Shown here: positions 28,222 through 38,057 of the stretch, piece by piece
Numbering within the stretch: position 1 is the stretch's first letter
Layout of the letters: the number at the start of each line of letters is the position of its first letter
From: a virus
Taxonomy: Duplodnaviria; Caudoviricetes
Reading direction: 5' to 3' (one strand)
Length of the DNA: 64,000 nt
Virus record (IMG/VR): IMGVR_UViG_3300011977_000415
Location: 41,365-105,364 of that record
The notes under the pieces: model-generated
Told to the model about the DNA's origin: nothing
The model's input: the letters and a program-made list of their open reading frames with translations, nothing else
The model's database searches: none
Program-made: the position numbers and the translations under genes

Positions 28222-28608
28222 ATGTTACAAATTGAAGTTATCGGAAACATCGGCAATGATGCCGAAATTAAGGATTTCAGCGGCAAAAAGTATGTTGCTT
28301 TCAATGTCGCACATTCGGAACGCCGCAAGGATGCCAATGGCACAACGGTTGAATCAACAACGTGGGTGTCCGTGCTTTGGTACGGCGATGGCGGCGGTTT
28401 AACGCCACACCTTAAACGTGGTGCGAAAGTGTTTGTCCGCGGTCGCATGGCGTTGAAACAATACCAAGACAAAAACGGGCATTGGCAAACCGCCGTGAAC
28501 TGCAATGCAAGTGAAATCCAACTTTGCGACATCAAGGGCAACGGAAATGGCAATGCAGCAGCCGCGCCCGCCGCGCAACCCGAAAACGCCGATGGTATGC
28601 CGTTCTAA
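28222..28608 (+). CDS. ssb: Single-stranded DNA-binding protein
   Basis: IGNIGNDAE OB-fold start, LKRGAKVFVRG, acidic DGMPF tail. Confidence 0.9.
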   Translation: MLQIEVIGNIGNDAEIKDFSGKKYVAFNVAHSERRKDANGTTVESTTWVSVLWYGDGGGLTPHLKRGAKVFVRGRMALKQYQDKNGHWQTAVNCNASEIQLCDIKGNGNGNAAAAPAAQPENADGMPF

Positions 28609-29097
28609 ATGAAGCACGACAACATCATTGCCATTGACCCGGACAAGGAAAAGTCCGGGGTGGCTTTTTTGAAGCGAAGCACGCGGCAATTGGAATTGAC
28701 CAATCTTGCGTTCCCGTTGTTGCTTGATTACTTGCAGCACGCCAAGAAAAAGGGCGAGGAAACGCACGAATCGTTGATTGTCGTTGTTGAAGCCGGATGG
28801 ATGAACGCCAAATCATGCTTTCACGCCGCCCAAGGCAAACAGGCGGAAAAGATTGCAAAGGATGTCGGCGCGAACCACGAAACCGGGCGCAAAATCATTG
28901 AAATGTGCGAGCATTACGGCATCGAAGTAACGCCGCACGCGCCTTTGGTGAAGTGTTGGAAAGGCAAAGACCGGAAGATTACACACGATGAATTGGCATC
29001 GTTCACGGGCATCATGGGGCGCACCAACCAAGATGCAAGGGATGCCGGATTGTTGGCGTGGACATTTGCCGGATTGCCCATCCGCATAAAACCATAG
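28609..29097 (+). CDS. RuvC-like (RNase H fold) Holliday junction resolvase
   Basis: IIAIDPD..SGVA, VVVEAG and NQDARDA acidic motifs. Confidence 0.6.
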   Translation: MKHDNIIAIDPDKEKSGVAFLKRSTRQLELTNLAFPLLLDYLQHAKKKGEETHESLIVVVEAGWMNAKSCFHAAQGKQAEKIAKDVGANHETGRKIIEMCEHYGIEVTPHAPLVKCWKGKDRKITHDELASFTGIMGRTNQDARDAGLLAWTFAGLPIRIKP

Positions 29098-29164
29098 GTG
29101 GATAACTTTGGGATAACTTATCGGGCAAAAGGGGTGTATTATAGTGATACACCCCTTAACTTTG
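29098..29164 (+). promoter_or_regulatory. Putative late promoter 1 (packaging operon)
   Basis: Tandem GGATAACTT repeats (29098-29119), palindrome 29134-29152, TAACTTTG 29157-29164. Confidence 0.65.
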
Positions 29165-29196
29165 CATTGCAATTGCATAATTAAATAAGAAATCGT

Positions 29197-29778
29197 ATGA
29201 AACCAATTGATTTTGAGCAATCCACAAAGGTATTGCAGAAACCCGGCACGTTGTCGGATTCACAATGTGGTGCGTTGCCCGTGTGGTGCGATGGCAAACA
29301 ATGCGTTTCGTGTTGGAAACCATCAATCAAGGAACGCATCAACATATTGTTCGGCGGGAATGTGTGGTTGGGCGTTTTGTCCGGCAAAACACAACCGCCC
29401 GTATTTGTCGCCGGGGAAAGAGTATTTGAAAGAACGCCGTTTTTTGCCCGTTTTAGGGCGTTTTGGGTTGAAGTGGGTGAAGTTATCGCGGAAGTGTGGA
29501 AAAGCGTTGCAGAAGCCGCCAAAATGCCCGACAAGCGCAAGCATTTGTATGTCGGCATTGTGATTGGCTTGGTGTTCGGGTGTCTTTTCGGCGTTTCAAT
29601 AGGTTTTGCCGCCGGATGTCTTGCCGGGGCAATAAAGGAATGGTGGGATTCCAAAGGACACGGCACGGTTGAAATCATGGATTTCATTTTCACCGCCATT
29701 GGGGCGTTGTGCGGCGCGTGCCTTTCCATCCCGGCAATTATGTTGTATCACTTAATCATTGAATTATGGCAAAGGTAA
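29197..29778 (+). CDS. Hypothetical protein with a C-terminal membrane domain
   Basis: Soluble N-terminal half; DKRKH..GAIKEWWD..DFIFTAIG multi-TM C-terminal half. Confidence 0.65.
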   Translation: MKPIDFEQSTKVLQKPGTLSDSQCGALPVWCDGKQCVSCWKPSIKERINILFGGNVWLGVLSGKTQPPVFVAGERVFERTPFFARFRAFWVEVGEVIAEVWKSVAEAAKMPDKRKHLYVGIVIGLVFGCLFGVSIGFAAGCLAGAIKEWWDSKGHGTVEIMDFIFTAIGALCGACLSIPAIMLYHLIIELWQR

Positions 29779-30311
29779 TTGAAACAAATATTGAATCCCT
29801 TGTGCCGGACAACAAGAATTTCAACAAGGGAACGGAATACGGCGACCATCTTATTGATGAATCGTTGCGCCGTTTTGGCTTGGGGCGTTCCATCCTAATT
29901 GACAAAAACAACCGCATCATTGCCGGAAACAAGACCGCCGAAAAAGCCGCCGACATTGGCTTTACCGATGTTTTGGTGGTTGAAGTGGACGGAAACCAAC
30001 TTGTCGCCGTGAAGCGCAAGGATATTGACCTTGATTCAGCCAAAGGGCGTGAATTTGCACTTGCTGACAACGCAACGGGCAAAGCGAACCTTTGCTTTGA
30101 CACCGACTTGATAATGCAAGAAGCCGAGAAATTCGACTTTGACCCCGAAGATTGGGGCGTTCCAATGGAGCAACCCGAAGAAGAACAACAAGAAGATGGC
30201 AAAAAGGAAATATCCACCAAACTGATTGTTGAGTGTGGCGATGTTTCCAAGTTATCATTGTTATTCAGCGAGTTACAAGACAGGGGTTTTAAGTGCGAGT
30301 TGAAAGAATAA
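29766..30311 (+). CDS. ParB-like N-terminal domain protein
   Basis: IESLVPDNKN..SLRRFG..ILIDKNNRIIAGN..ALADN. Confidence 0.7.
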   Translation: MAKVIETNIESLVPDNKNFNKGTEYGDHLIDESLRRFGLGRSILIDKNNRIIAGNKTAEKAADIGFTDVLVVEVDGNQLVAVKRKDIDLDSAKGREFALADNATGKANLCFDTDLIMQEAEKFDFDPEDWGVPMEQPEEEQQEDGKKEISTKLIVECGDVSKLSLLFSELQDRGFKCELKE

Positions 30312-30353
30312 GTGATAATTGTAACAAAATCAACCTAAAAAAGAGTTTTGACA

Positions 30354-30860
30354 ATGGCAAAGTTCAGTAAAAAAACGGTGGAAAGGATTGTTGGGCTTAT
30401 CAAGTCCGACACATACACCATTGCCGAAATTTGCCGCCAAGTGGGAATAACACCGAAAACATACCATCAATGGGTGAACGATTACCCCGACTTTGCCGAT
30501 GCTATCGAGCAAGCCAAGGACGAAAGAATGCAAGCGATGGTGATTGAAGCGAAAAAATCCTTGATGAAAAAGATTCAAGGTTACGATGTAACGGAAACCA
30601 AGGTTGTAACCGTTCCCGGCACGAAAAAGGACGAAAAGGGCAATCCTAAACCCATAATCAAGGAGCAAACGACCACCAAGAAACACATCCAAGCAGATAC
30701 GGCGGCAATCATCTTTACACTTACCAATGGCGACCCCGAACATTGGAGAAACAGGCAAACAACGGAAGTAACGGGGAAAGATGGCAAGGATTTGTTTGCA
30801 TCAAAGACCGATGAAGAACTTACCGCGGAAATAGAAGAATTGCAACGAAAATTGGAATGA
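30354..30860 (+). CDS. Terminase small subunit
   Basis: N-terminal HTH, AAIIFTLTN..WRN..EVTGKDG, immediately upstream of the large subunit. Confidence 0.8.
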   Translation: MAKFSKKTVERIVGLIKSDTYTIAEICRQVGITPKTYHQWVNDYPDFADAIEQAKDERMQAMVIEAKKSLMKKIQGYDVTETKVVTVPGTKKDEKGNPKPIIKEQTTTKKHIQADTAAIIFTLTNGDPEHWRNRQTTEVTGKDGKDLFASKTDEELTAEIEELQRKLE

Positions 30861-32332
30861 TGGCAAACAGGGCGGAACAAATAAGGCTTATCAAGGCAAT
30901 GCAAGAACGGCTTAATCGCGAAAGTCGTTCCGATTTGTTGCGCTTTACCCTTGCCACCATGCCGACATTCCGCCCGGCTGATTTCCACCGCCGTTATTAC
31001 CAATGCTTGACCAAGTTTGCCACGGGCGAAATAAAGAAACTGATGGTGTTCATGCCGCCCCAACACGGCAAATCCGAGGGTTCAACACGCCGTTTGCCCG
31101 CGTTCCTTTTGGGGCAAGACCCGGAAAAGCGATTGGCGATTGTTTCATACAATGCGCCCAAGGCGCGCAAGTTTAACCGCGAAATCCAACGTATCATTGA
31201 CACGCCCGAATATCATGCCATTTTCCCCGGAACGTGCTTGAACGCATCCAATGTAACAACCATCGCGGGTTCATGGTTGCGCAATGCCGATGAATGCGAA
31301 ATCGTTGGGCATCGCGGCGGATTCAAGACCGTTGGTGTGGGCGGTGCATTGACGGGTGAACCCGTGGACATCCTTATCATGGATGATATTTACAAGGATG
31401 CGAAAACGGCATGGTCGCCCATCGTGCGTGAAAGCGTTTCCGATTGGTACGATACAGTTGCCGAAACACGTTTGCACAACGATTCCCAACAATTGATTGT
31501 GTTCACCCGTTGGCATGAAGATGATTTGGCGGGTTCATTATTGCGCCAACAAGGCGTTTATGATGCCGAAAGCAACCCAAATGGATGGGTTGTTGTGGTG
31601 TATCAAGCCATCAAAGAGGGTGCGCCGACCAAGTACGACCCACGCCAAGAGGGTGAACCATTGTGGGCGGAACGGCATAACCTTGAAAAGTTGCAAGCAA
31701 TCCGAAGCAGAAATCCACAAGTGTTTGAATCGCTTTACCAACAAGACCCGCAACCCCGTGCGGGCTTGATGTATGAAGCCGGATTCGTAGAATACCTTAT
31801 CCGCCCGGCAACGGCATACGTCAAACGCCGTTGTTATGTGGACACCGCCGACACGGGCGCGGACTACCTTTGCGGCATTGTTTACGATGAAACGGATGTG
31901 GGCAATTACATCGTTGATGTGCTTTACACCACGCGCCCGGTGGAATATACACAAACCGCCCTTGCCAAAATGCTTTGCAAACATGGCGTGGCGGATTGCA
32001 TCGTGGAAGCGAACAACGGCGGACGCATATTCAAGAACAACGTGGAACGGGAATGCCGATTGATGGGCAACGGAAAAACCAAGTTCACGGCGTTCCACCA
32101 AACCGAAAACAAGGAAACGCGCATTTACGCCAATTCGGCGATGGTGCAAAACCTTACATTCATGCCCCAAGGATGGAAATACCTTTTCCCGGATTTCGCC
32201 AAGGCGATATGTGGCTATCTTAAAGCCGGGCAGAATGAACACGATGATGCCCCGGACGCATTGACCGGGACGATTGAAAAGCGCAAGGGCGGCAAGCGCA
32301 CGAATGTTGCCGCGTTATTTGGTCAAATTTAA
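30857..32332 (+). CDS. Terminase large subunit
   Basis: MPPQHGKS Walker A, LIMDD Walker B, TRWHEDDL, YQQDP, DTAD and HDDAPD nuclease motifs. Confidence 0.95.
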   Translation: MMANRAEQIRLIKAMQERLNRESRSDLLRFTLATMPTFRPADFHRRYYQCLTKFATGEIKKLMVFMPPQHGKSEGSTRRLPAFLLGQDPEKRLAIVSYNAPKARKFNREIQRIIDTPEYHAIFPGTCLNASNVTTIAGSWLRNADECEIVGHRGGFKTVGVGGALTGEPVDILIMDDIYKDAKTAWSPIVRESVSDWYDTVAETRLHNDSQQLIVFTRWHEDDLAGSLLRQQGVYDAESNPNGWVVVVYQAIKEGAPTKYDPRQEGEPLWAERHNLEKLQAIRSRNPQVFESLYQQDPQPRAGLMYEAGFVEYLIRPATAYVKRRCYVDTADTGADYLCGIVYDETDVGNYIVDVLYTTRPVEYTQTALAKMLCKHGVADCIVEANNGGRIFKNNVERECRLMGNGKTKFTAFHQTENKETRIYANSAMVQNLTFMPQGWKYLFPDFAKAICGYLKAGQNEHDDAPDALTGTIEKRKGGKRTNVAALFGQI

Positions 32333-32343
32333 TTCACAACGAT

Positions 32344-33804
32344 ATGACAATAGAAGAAATTTTCAAGTTAGCAACGGCAAATGATGTGATTTCCGAATTG
32401 AAATCATGCCGATTCATTCCGCAACCGGATGTGGAAGCCGCCAACAAGGCGTTGAACATCCGATTGCACAACATCAACAACCCGGTGATTCGCCCGGATA
32501 AGCGCGTTCAAGTAAGCAGCGACCAAGAAGCGGATTCGGCGCAAAAGGTGATTTCCACCGATGGTGAAAGCACCAATTTCAAGATGGTGAAAGTTGCCCG
32601 TGTTGCGGTCGCCATCCAAAAACTTATCATCAAACGCGCCGTTTCGTTTTGCTTTGGCAATAAGCCATTGTACAACTCAACGCCCGAAAACGAACAGGAA
32701 AAGGCGGTGGCGTTCGCCCTTGAACGCATCATGCACGATGTTAAGTGCAAATCGTTGAACCGCAAGATTGGGCGTTCAATATTCGGTTACAAGGAATGTG
32801 CCGAATATTGGTATCCGGTTGAAAAGAAACATGGCAAATATGGTTTCCCATCGCAATACAAGATGCGTTGCACCATCTTTTCCCCGGCGTTGGGTGATAC
32901 CCTTTATCCGTATTTTGACGAAACCGGGGATATGGTTGCGTTTTCACGTTCCTTTTCCCGAAACATCAAAGGCGTTGCCACCAACTACTTTGAAACATTC
33001 ACCGACACCGAACATTGGCTTTGGGTGAACGGTGCAAATGGCTTTGATGTGGTTGAGGGTTATCCCAAGGCAAATGCCATCGGCAAAATCCCGGTGATTT
33101 ACGGACATCAACCCGAATTTGAAACCGAGGATGTGAACGCCTTGATTGACCGATTGGAAGAATTGCTTTCCAACTTTGCAGACACCAACGATTACCACGC
33201 AAGCCCGAAGATATTCACCACCGGGCAAATCAACGGATGGGCGCAAAAGGGCGAATCCGGCGCGGTTATTGAGGGCGAAGATGGCGCAACGATGCAATAT
33301 GTGTCATGGCAGCAAGCCCCGGAAGCGGTCAAGTTGGAAATCGAAACGTTGCTGAAACTTATTTACACCATCACGCAAACGCCGGACATTTCCTTTGATG
33401 CGGTCAAGGGATTGGGCGCGATTTCGGGTGTGGCGTTGAAGTTGCTTTTCATGGATGCGCATTTGAAAGTGCAAGACAAGTGCGAAATATTCGATGATTA
33501 CTTGCAACGCCGCGTGAACGTGCTTTTGGCATATATCGCCCAAATGAACACATCATTGGCGGATGCTTGCGAAACCATCATGGTTGAACCCGAAATCGTG
33601 CCTTACATCATCACATCGGACATGGACGATTTGAATTATTGGATGACTGCAAACGGCAACAAACCCGTTGTTTCGCAAGAAGAATCCATCGTGGGCGCGG
33701 GCTTATCCAAGAACCCGGAAGAAACCATGCGCAAGTTGGATGAACAGGCAACGCGCGACAATTCGTTTATGATTGGTGAACCACAATTGGAGGGCGATGC
33801 GTAG
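32344..33804 (+). CDS. Portal protein (SPP1-like)
   Basis: Follows the terminase; KIPVIY, LLSNFADTNDY, TPDISFD..SGVALKL. Confidence 0.9.
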   Translation: MTIEEIFKLATANDVISELKSCRFIPQPDVEAANKALNIRLHNINNPVIRPDKRVQVSSDQEADSAQKVISTDGESTNFKMVKVARVAVAIQKLIIKRAVSFCFGNKPLYNSTPENEQEKAVAFALERIMHDVKCKSLNRKIGRSIFGYKECAEYWYPVEKKHGKYGFPSQYKMRCTIFSPALGDTLYPYFDETGDMVAFSRSFSRNIKGVATNYFETFTDTEHWLWVNGANGFDVVEGYPKANAIGKIPVIYGHQPEFETEDVNALIDRLEELLSNFADTNDYHASPKIFTTGQINGWAQKGESGAVIEGEDGATMQYVSWQQAPEAVKLEIETLLKLIYTITQTPDISFDAVKGLGAISGVALKLLFMDAHLKVQDKCEIFDDYLQRRVNVLLAYIAQMNTSLADACETIMVEPEIVPYIITSDMDDLNYWMTANGNKPVVSQEESIVGAGLSKNPEETMRKLDEQATRDNSFMIGEPQLEGDA

Positions 33805-34069
33805 ATTGATTTTTGCAATATTGATGGGCGTGTTGCTTGCAAGTTGTGAGCAACGCCCCGCCCGTGGTTATGTCGTTGGCAAGGAATATAAGGCGGCGCA
33901 CAATGTCGTTTATCGCGATGAAGCGACCAAAACATTGCGCACACGCCGCGTTCCCGACCAATGGTTTGTGTGGGTCGCGGATTCAACCAATGTGCGGTCG
34001 TACAACGTAGATAGTGCGACATTTAACAACATCCGGCATGGCGATTTTATCCGGCTAAAATGCAAATGA
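33797..34069 (+). CDS. Small lipoprotein
   Basis: MRRLIFAILMGVLLASC lipobox. Confidence 0.6.
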   Translation: MRRLIFAILMGVLLASCEQRPARGYVVGKEYKAAHNVVYRDEATKTLRTRRVPDQWFVWVADSTNVRSYNVDSATFNNIRHGDFIRLKCK

Positions 34070-34070
34070 T

Positions 34071-34277
34071 ATGGCAAAGAAGAAAACAACAGTTATCGAA
34101 AAACCACAATTCCAATGCCGGGATTGCGCGCATTCATACGATTGGCATTCCAAGGCGATTGACGGACACGATATTTTGTGCCGATGCAAGTTTGATGCAA
34201 AGACCGAACACGGCAAATGGTGCAAGTTTCTCCACGACCCGCAATGTGAACATTTCAAACGCCGTAACAATGAGTAA
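34071..34277 (+). CDS. Small Cys-rich protein
   Basis: CRDC..CRC..C motifs. Confidence 0.55.
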   Translation: MAKKKTTVIEKPQFQCRDCAHSYDWHSKAIDGHDILCRCKFDAKTEHGKWCKFLHDPQCEHFKRRNNE

Positions 34278-34407
34278 AACGAACCTTTGCGACAACTGCA
34301 AACATTGGACACGCGCTTTCGATGGCTTTTATTGTTGCGTGTGCGCCAAATGCCATCCCGGCAATGATGGTTATTGGCGGTGTCGCTATTATCAACCAAA
34401 GAAGTAA
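34270..34407 (+). CDS. Small Cys-rich protein (45 aa)
   Basis: MSKTNLCDNCKHW..CCVCAKCH..RCRYY; coupled to both neighbours by overlaps. Confidence 0.45.
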   Translation: MSKTNLCDNCKHWTRAFDGFYCCVCAKCHPGNDGYWRCRYYQPKK

Positions 34408-36770
34408 TGGCAAAGCGTCAAAAGGTACAACGATTCAGCATACAAGGATGGGACATGCGGCATTACCGGGAAACCGAAGCGTATGCCCAAGCCGTGCAAT
34501 CACTTTACGACAAGGCGACATTGGCAATCCCCCGTGCCGCCGCCCGTGGCAAGATTGACCCGGACACGCCGTTTTCGTTTGACATGTACCCAAGTGTTCA
34601 AAAGGAGATGCAGCGCATCACCGAACAATTGGCGGAACGTGTAACGGTGGTTATCGAAACCGGGTCAAAGAAACAATGGTTGTTCGCGTGCGACAAGAAC
34701 GATGCGTTCATTTCGTCCATCATGGACACATCCAAGGTGAGCAAGGCACGATTGAAAAAGATGCAAGACCGCAACTTGGATGCCCTTGCAGCGTTCCAAG
34801 GTCGCAAGGTGGATGGCATGAACCTTTCGCAACGTGTGTGGAAATACGTTGGACAATTCAAAGACCAATTGGAAAACGCCCTTGATGTTGGATTGGGCGA
34901 GGGACGAAGCGCGGATGAACTTTCAAGAGATGTGCGCCAAAATCTAAACGACCCAAACCGCCTTTTCCGGCGCGTCCGGGATAAGCGGGGCAACCTTGTA
35001 TTGTCCAAACGTGCGGCGGCGTTCCATCCGGGACGTGGTGTTTATCGTTCATCGTACAAGAACGCGATGCGCCTTACCCGGTCGGAAATCAATATGGCAT
35101 ACCGGGAAAGCGATTGGCAGCGGTGGCAATCGTTGGATTTTGTCGTGGGGTTTGAAATACACCGAAGCAATCATGAGCCGTTGTGCAAGTGCGACACATG
35201 CGCAAAGTTGGTTGGACGTTACCCCAAGACATTCAAGTTCAAAGGGTGGCACCCGCAATGTATGTGTTACGCAACGCCTATTTTGATGGACGAAGAAACC
35301 TTTGATGAAAACGAGTTGGGCGACCTCAAAGCGGCATTGCGCGGAACACAATACAAGCCATTGCAAGCAAAGAATGTTGTTACCGATGTGCCGGACGAGT
35401 TCAAAAAGTGGGTGAAAGACCATATCGAAGCGCAAAAGAATTGGGGTTCGACCCCCTATTTCATCAAAGACAACTTCAAAGATGGCAAGTTGTCCGAGGG
35501 CTTGAAGATTACATTGCCAACGGTTCAGGTTCAAACCGATGTTCTTGCACCTTACCGGGCGCAAATCGAGCAAGCAAGACAACAGGCGACCAAGTGGGGA
35601 TTGTCCGTGCAACTTACGATGTTGGACAAGTATGTTGCCGACAAGGATATTGCAAGCATACAAAGCCGAATCGCCACCATTCAATCCAAAGCGGCACAAA
35701 TGGAACAAGCCGATGCGGATATTCGCCGCAAATGTGCCGAATGGGGCTTGTCCACATACATTCTTGACGAAGCAATGCGCAATCCTGATTCAAAGAATAT
35801 CTTGGCGAAAATGTCGGAGTTGGAAGATAGGTGCATAAATGCCGAAAGAGAACGAAAGGCGTTTATTTCCGATGCCAACGATGCAGTCAAGGAAGCAAGA
35901 AAATTGGGAATTGATGTTTCGGAAATGCTCAATTGGATTTCCATTGTATCGGATAAGCGAGAATGGACAATGAGCAAGACAAGAGCAAACGAGGTGTTGG
36001 AAAGTTTGAAAAGTGCGATTGGTTCTTTGAAAACAAAAGGCAATGACCCAATGGACGAATGGGCAAAACGCACCCAAGCCGCCGGAACAATCAACAAAAG
36101 CGCAAATGATGTCGATATTGAAAAGAGTTTCGGAATACAAAAGGGTGTTGATATGACCTTTGATGAAGCAAACGAGTTGCGAGGAAACCCGAATTTTGAA
36201 CCTCAATACATACCCGACCCCAACGGCATATATATACGCCGAAGCGACGGACAAAGGTTGAGCAAAAACCCGAAATACAAAAAGAAATTTACGGTTAATT
36301 GTCAATCTTGTGTTGTTGCTCACGAATTACGCCGCCGAGGTTTTGACGTACAAGCACAGGGAAACACAAAAGGTTCAACCCCCGAAATCCTTTCGTATCA
36401 TACCGAACTTGCTTGGTTGGACGCAAACGGGAATGCCCCAACATCAAGGGTTGCAAGGTCGCAATCGTGGGATTTGAAAGAGGAATTGACGCAATTCTAT
36501 GATTTGACAAAAGATGTCGGACGTTATCACCTTAAATGGAGCTGGGACAGGTCAAGAAGTGGTCATATTATCACGTGTGAACGTCTTTCCGATGGCACAT
36601 TACGCATTTACGACCCGCAGAATGGCGAATTTATCACCGACTTTGAAGCATACGCCAAAGGATTCAAAAGGGCGCGTGGTATTGAGGTTTTAAGGGTTGA
36701 TAATTTGCGGTTCAACGTGCTTTATTCGGGTGCATTGAAAGGCAACAAGGCAAGAAAAAAGGGGAAATAA
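34407..36770 (+). CDS. MuF/SPP1-gp7-like minor head protein with a C-terminal papain-fold toxin domain
   Basis: AMRLTRSEINMAY..CDTC..WHPQCMC (MuF); NCQSCV..GHII..YDPQ Cys-His-Asp triad. Confidence 0.85.
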   Translation: MAKRQKVQRFSIQGWDMRHYRETEAYAQAVQSLYDKATLAIPRAAARGKIDPDTPFSFDMYPSVQKEMQRITEQLAERVTVVIETGSKKQWLFACDKNDAFISSIMDTSKVSKARLKKMQDRNLDALAAFQGRKVDGMNLSQRVWKYVGQFKDQLENALDVGLGEGRSADELSRDVRQNLNDPNRLFRRVRDKRGNLVLSKRAAAFHPGRGVYRSSYKNAMRLTRSEINMAYRESDWQRWQSLDFVVGFEIHRSNHEPLCKCDTCAKLVGRYPKTFKFKGWHPQCMCYATPILMDEETFDENELGDLKAALRGTQYKPLQAKNVVTDVPDEFKKWVKDHIEAQKNWGSTPYFIKDNFKDGKLSEGLKITLPTVQVQTDVLAPYRAQIEQARQQATKWGLSVQLTMLDKYVADKDIASIQSRIATIQSKAAQMEQADADIRRKCAEWGLSTYILDEAMRNPDSKNILAKMSELEDRCINAERERKAFISDANDAVKEARKLGIDVSEMLNWISIVSDKREWTMSKTRANEVLESLKSAIGSLKTKGNDPMDEWAKRTQAAGTINKSANDVDIEKSFGIQKGVDMTFDEANELRGNPNFEPQYIPDPNGIYIRRSDGQRLSKNPKYKKKFTVNCQSCVVAHELRRRGFDVQAQGNTKGSTPEILSYHTELAWLDANGNAPTSRVARSQSWDLKEELTQFYDLTKDVGRYHLKWSWDRSRSGHIITCERLSDGTLRIYDPQNGEFITDFEAYAKGFKRARGIEVLRVDNLRFNVLYSGALKGNKARKKGK

Positions 36771-37004
36771 TTATCCCCCTTTTTCTTTTGAATCTTCGAT
36801 GAAGTCTTGCCATTCCCATTCGTCTGCAATACGGGTGGTGTTCCCGTCATACAAAATCAAAATAGGTTTGCCAATAAACGCCACCTTGTCCGGGTCGTCA
36901 AAGGTTGGATTGAAAACCTTGTACCCATTCCATTCGCATTCAAATTCCGCACCATCGAAACCGTATGATTTCGCAAGGTCAATAATTGTTTGGTTTGGCT
37001 TCAT
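36771..37004 (-). CDS. Small acidic protein, candidate immunity protein
   Basis: Stop abuts the toxin stop with a 0-bp gap; 77 aa, acidic and aromatic. Confidence 0.55.
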   Translation of the reverse strand: MKPNQTIIDLAKSYGFDGAEFECEWNGYKVFNPTFDDPDKVAFIGKPILILYDGNTTRIADEWEWQDFIEDSKEKGG

Positions 37005-37009
37005 ATCGT

Positions 37010-37246
37010 TTATTGTTTTGAGTGTTTACGATTCGTTTTCTTTCGGTGGATAATTCCCCGGTAAATGATACACTTGTTGTTGCGATATGGCTTTGAATCC
37101 GTTATTCCATACGCCCACAACCGAGATTTCGACACACCCAAGTCAAGGGGTGTAAACTTGTCGAATATCGCGGTGATAGAACCGAAATAATGGTGGTTGT
37201 CGTCGCCAAAGCAAACGTGATATATTGTTGTTCCGTTCATAATCAT
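37010..37246 (-). CDS. Hypothetical protein
   Basis: Member of the packed leftward operon. Confidence 0.6.
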   Translation of the reverse strand: MIMNGTTIYHVCFGDDNHHYFGSITAIFDKFTPLDLGVSKSRLWAYGITDSKPYRNNKCIIYRGIIHRKKTNRKHSKQ

Positions 37247-37485
37247 TTTATTCTATAAACACGTACGCCATCGTTGATTTTCCTTGTTGTAAATTGCCAT
37301 TCGGGCGCGTTTCTTTTGCACCACGATTTTGCGTTTTGAATCAATAAGGCTTGCTTTTTATAGGAATAACCATCAATAAAAAACGAATCCCCAACACGCA
37401 TTGAAGCCCAAGGATATTTTGTTTTGTTTCCCTGAACAACTTTGCAATAATGTTTTGGGACAAGACAATGTTGTTGCGTTTCCAT
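37243..37485 (-). CDS. Small basic protein (possibly DNA-binding)
   Basis: KYPWASMRVGDSFF..GVRVYRIK. Confidence 0.55.
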   Translation of the reverse strand: METQQHCLVPKHYCKVVQGNKTKYPWASMRVGDSFFIDGYSYKKQALLIQNAKSWCKRNAPEWQFTTRKINDGVRVYRIK

Positions 37486-37486
37486 A

Positions 37487-38041
37487 TTACTTCAAGTTAA
37501 AATCAAACCATTCTTTCGGCGAATTGAACGCCGCCTTTTTCACTTGGCGATAAAACGCCTTGTTCAGCTTGCGAAGCCTTGCCAAGCATTCGTGGGGATT
37601 CCAACGGAAGTCCGGCATTACTTCGTTGTTCGCGGCGTAAATACCGCCTTGTTTTGGCTCAAAATGAGCAAAGGCAACCAAGTGTCCATCTTTGACGAAA
37701 ACAACGTCTTTGACGGCTTTATTTGGCTTGTGGTGGAGTGTAAAGGACGTGCAACCGTTGTAATACTCAACAATCTTGCGGTGTTGTTCCATTGCTTCTT
37801 GCATCTTACTTGCCTTGTTCTTGCGGAAATCCCACATATTCTTGGCGACCTGATGCCGGAGTTCCTCCACATTGATAGGTTCTTTCCCGGTTGCCACGTC
37901 ATACGGCAACATTCCATTGGCAAACATTCGTACAGCGCGAACAAAGTTTTCCTTGTCCACCACCTTGTCGTGAAGTTCTTTCACGAAATCCACCGTCAAG
38001 CCATACTTGCTTGCGAGTGCTTCAAAATTCATCTTTTCCAT
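37487..38041 (-). CDS. Hypothetical protein
   Basis: Member of the packed leftward operon. Confidence 0.65.
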   Translation of the reverse strand: MEKMNFEALASKYGLTVDFVKELHDKVVDKENFVRAVRMFANGMLPYDVATGKEPINVEELRHQVAKNMWDFRKNKASKMQEAMEQHRKIVEYYNGCTSFTLHHKPNKAVKDVVFVKDGHLVAFAHFEPKQGGIYAANNEVMPDFRWNPHECLARLRKLNKAFYRQVKKAAFNSPKEWFDFNLK

Positions 38042-38057
38042 TGCAAAAGTAATTATT

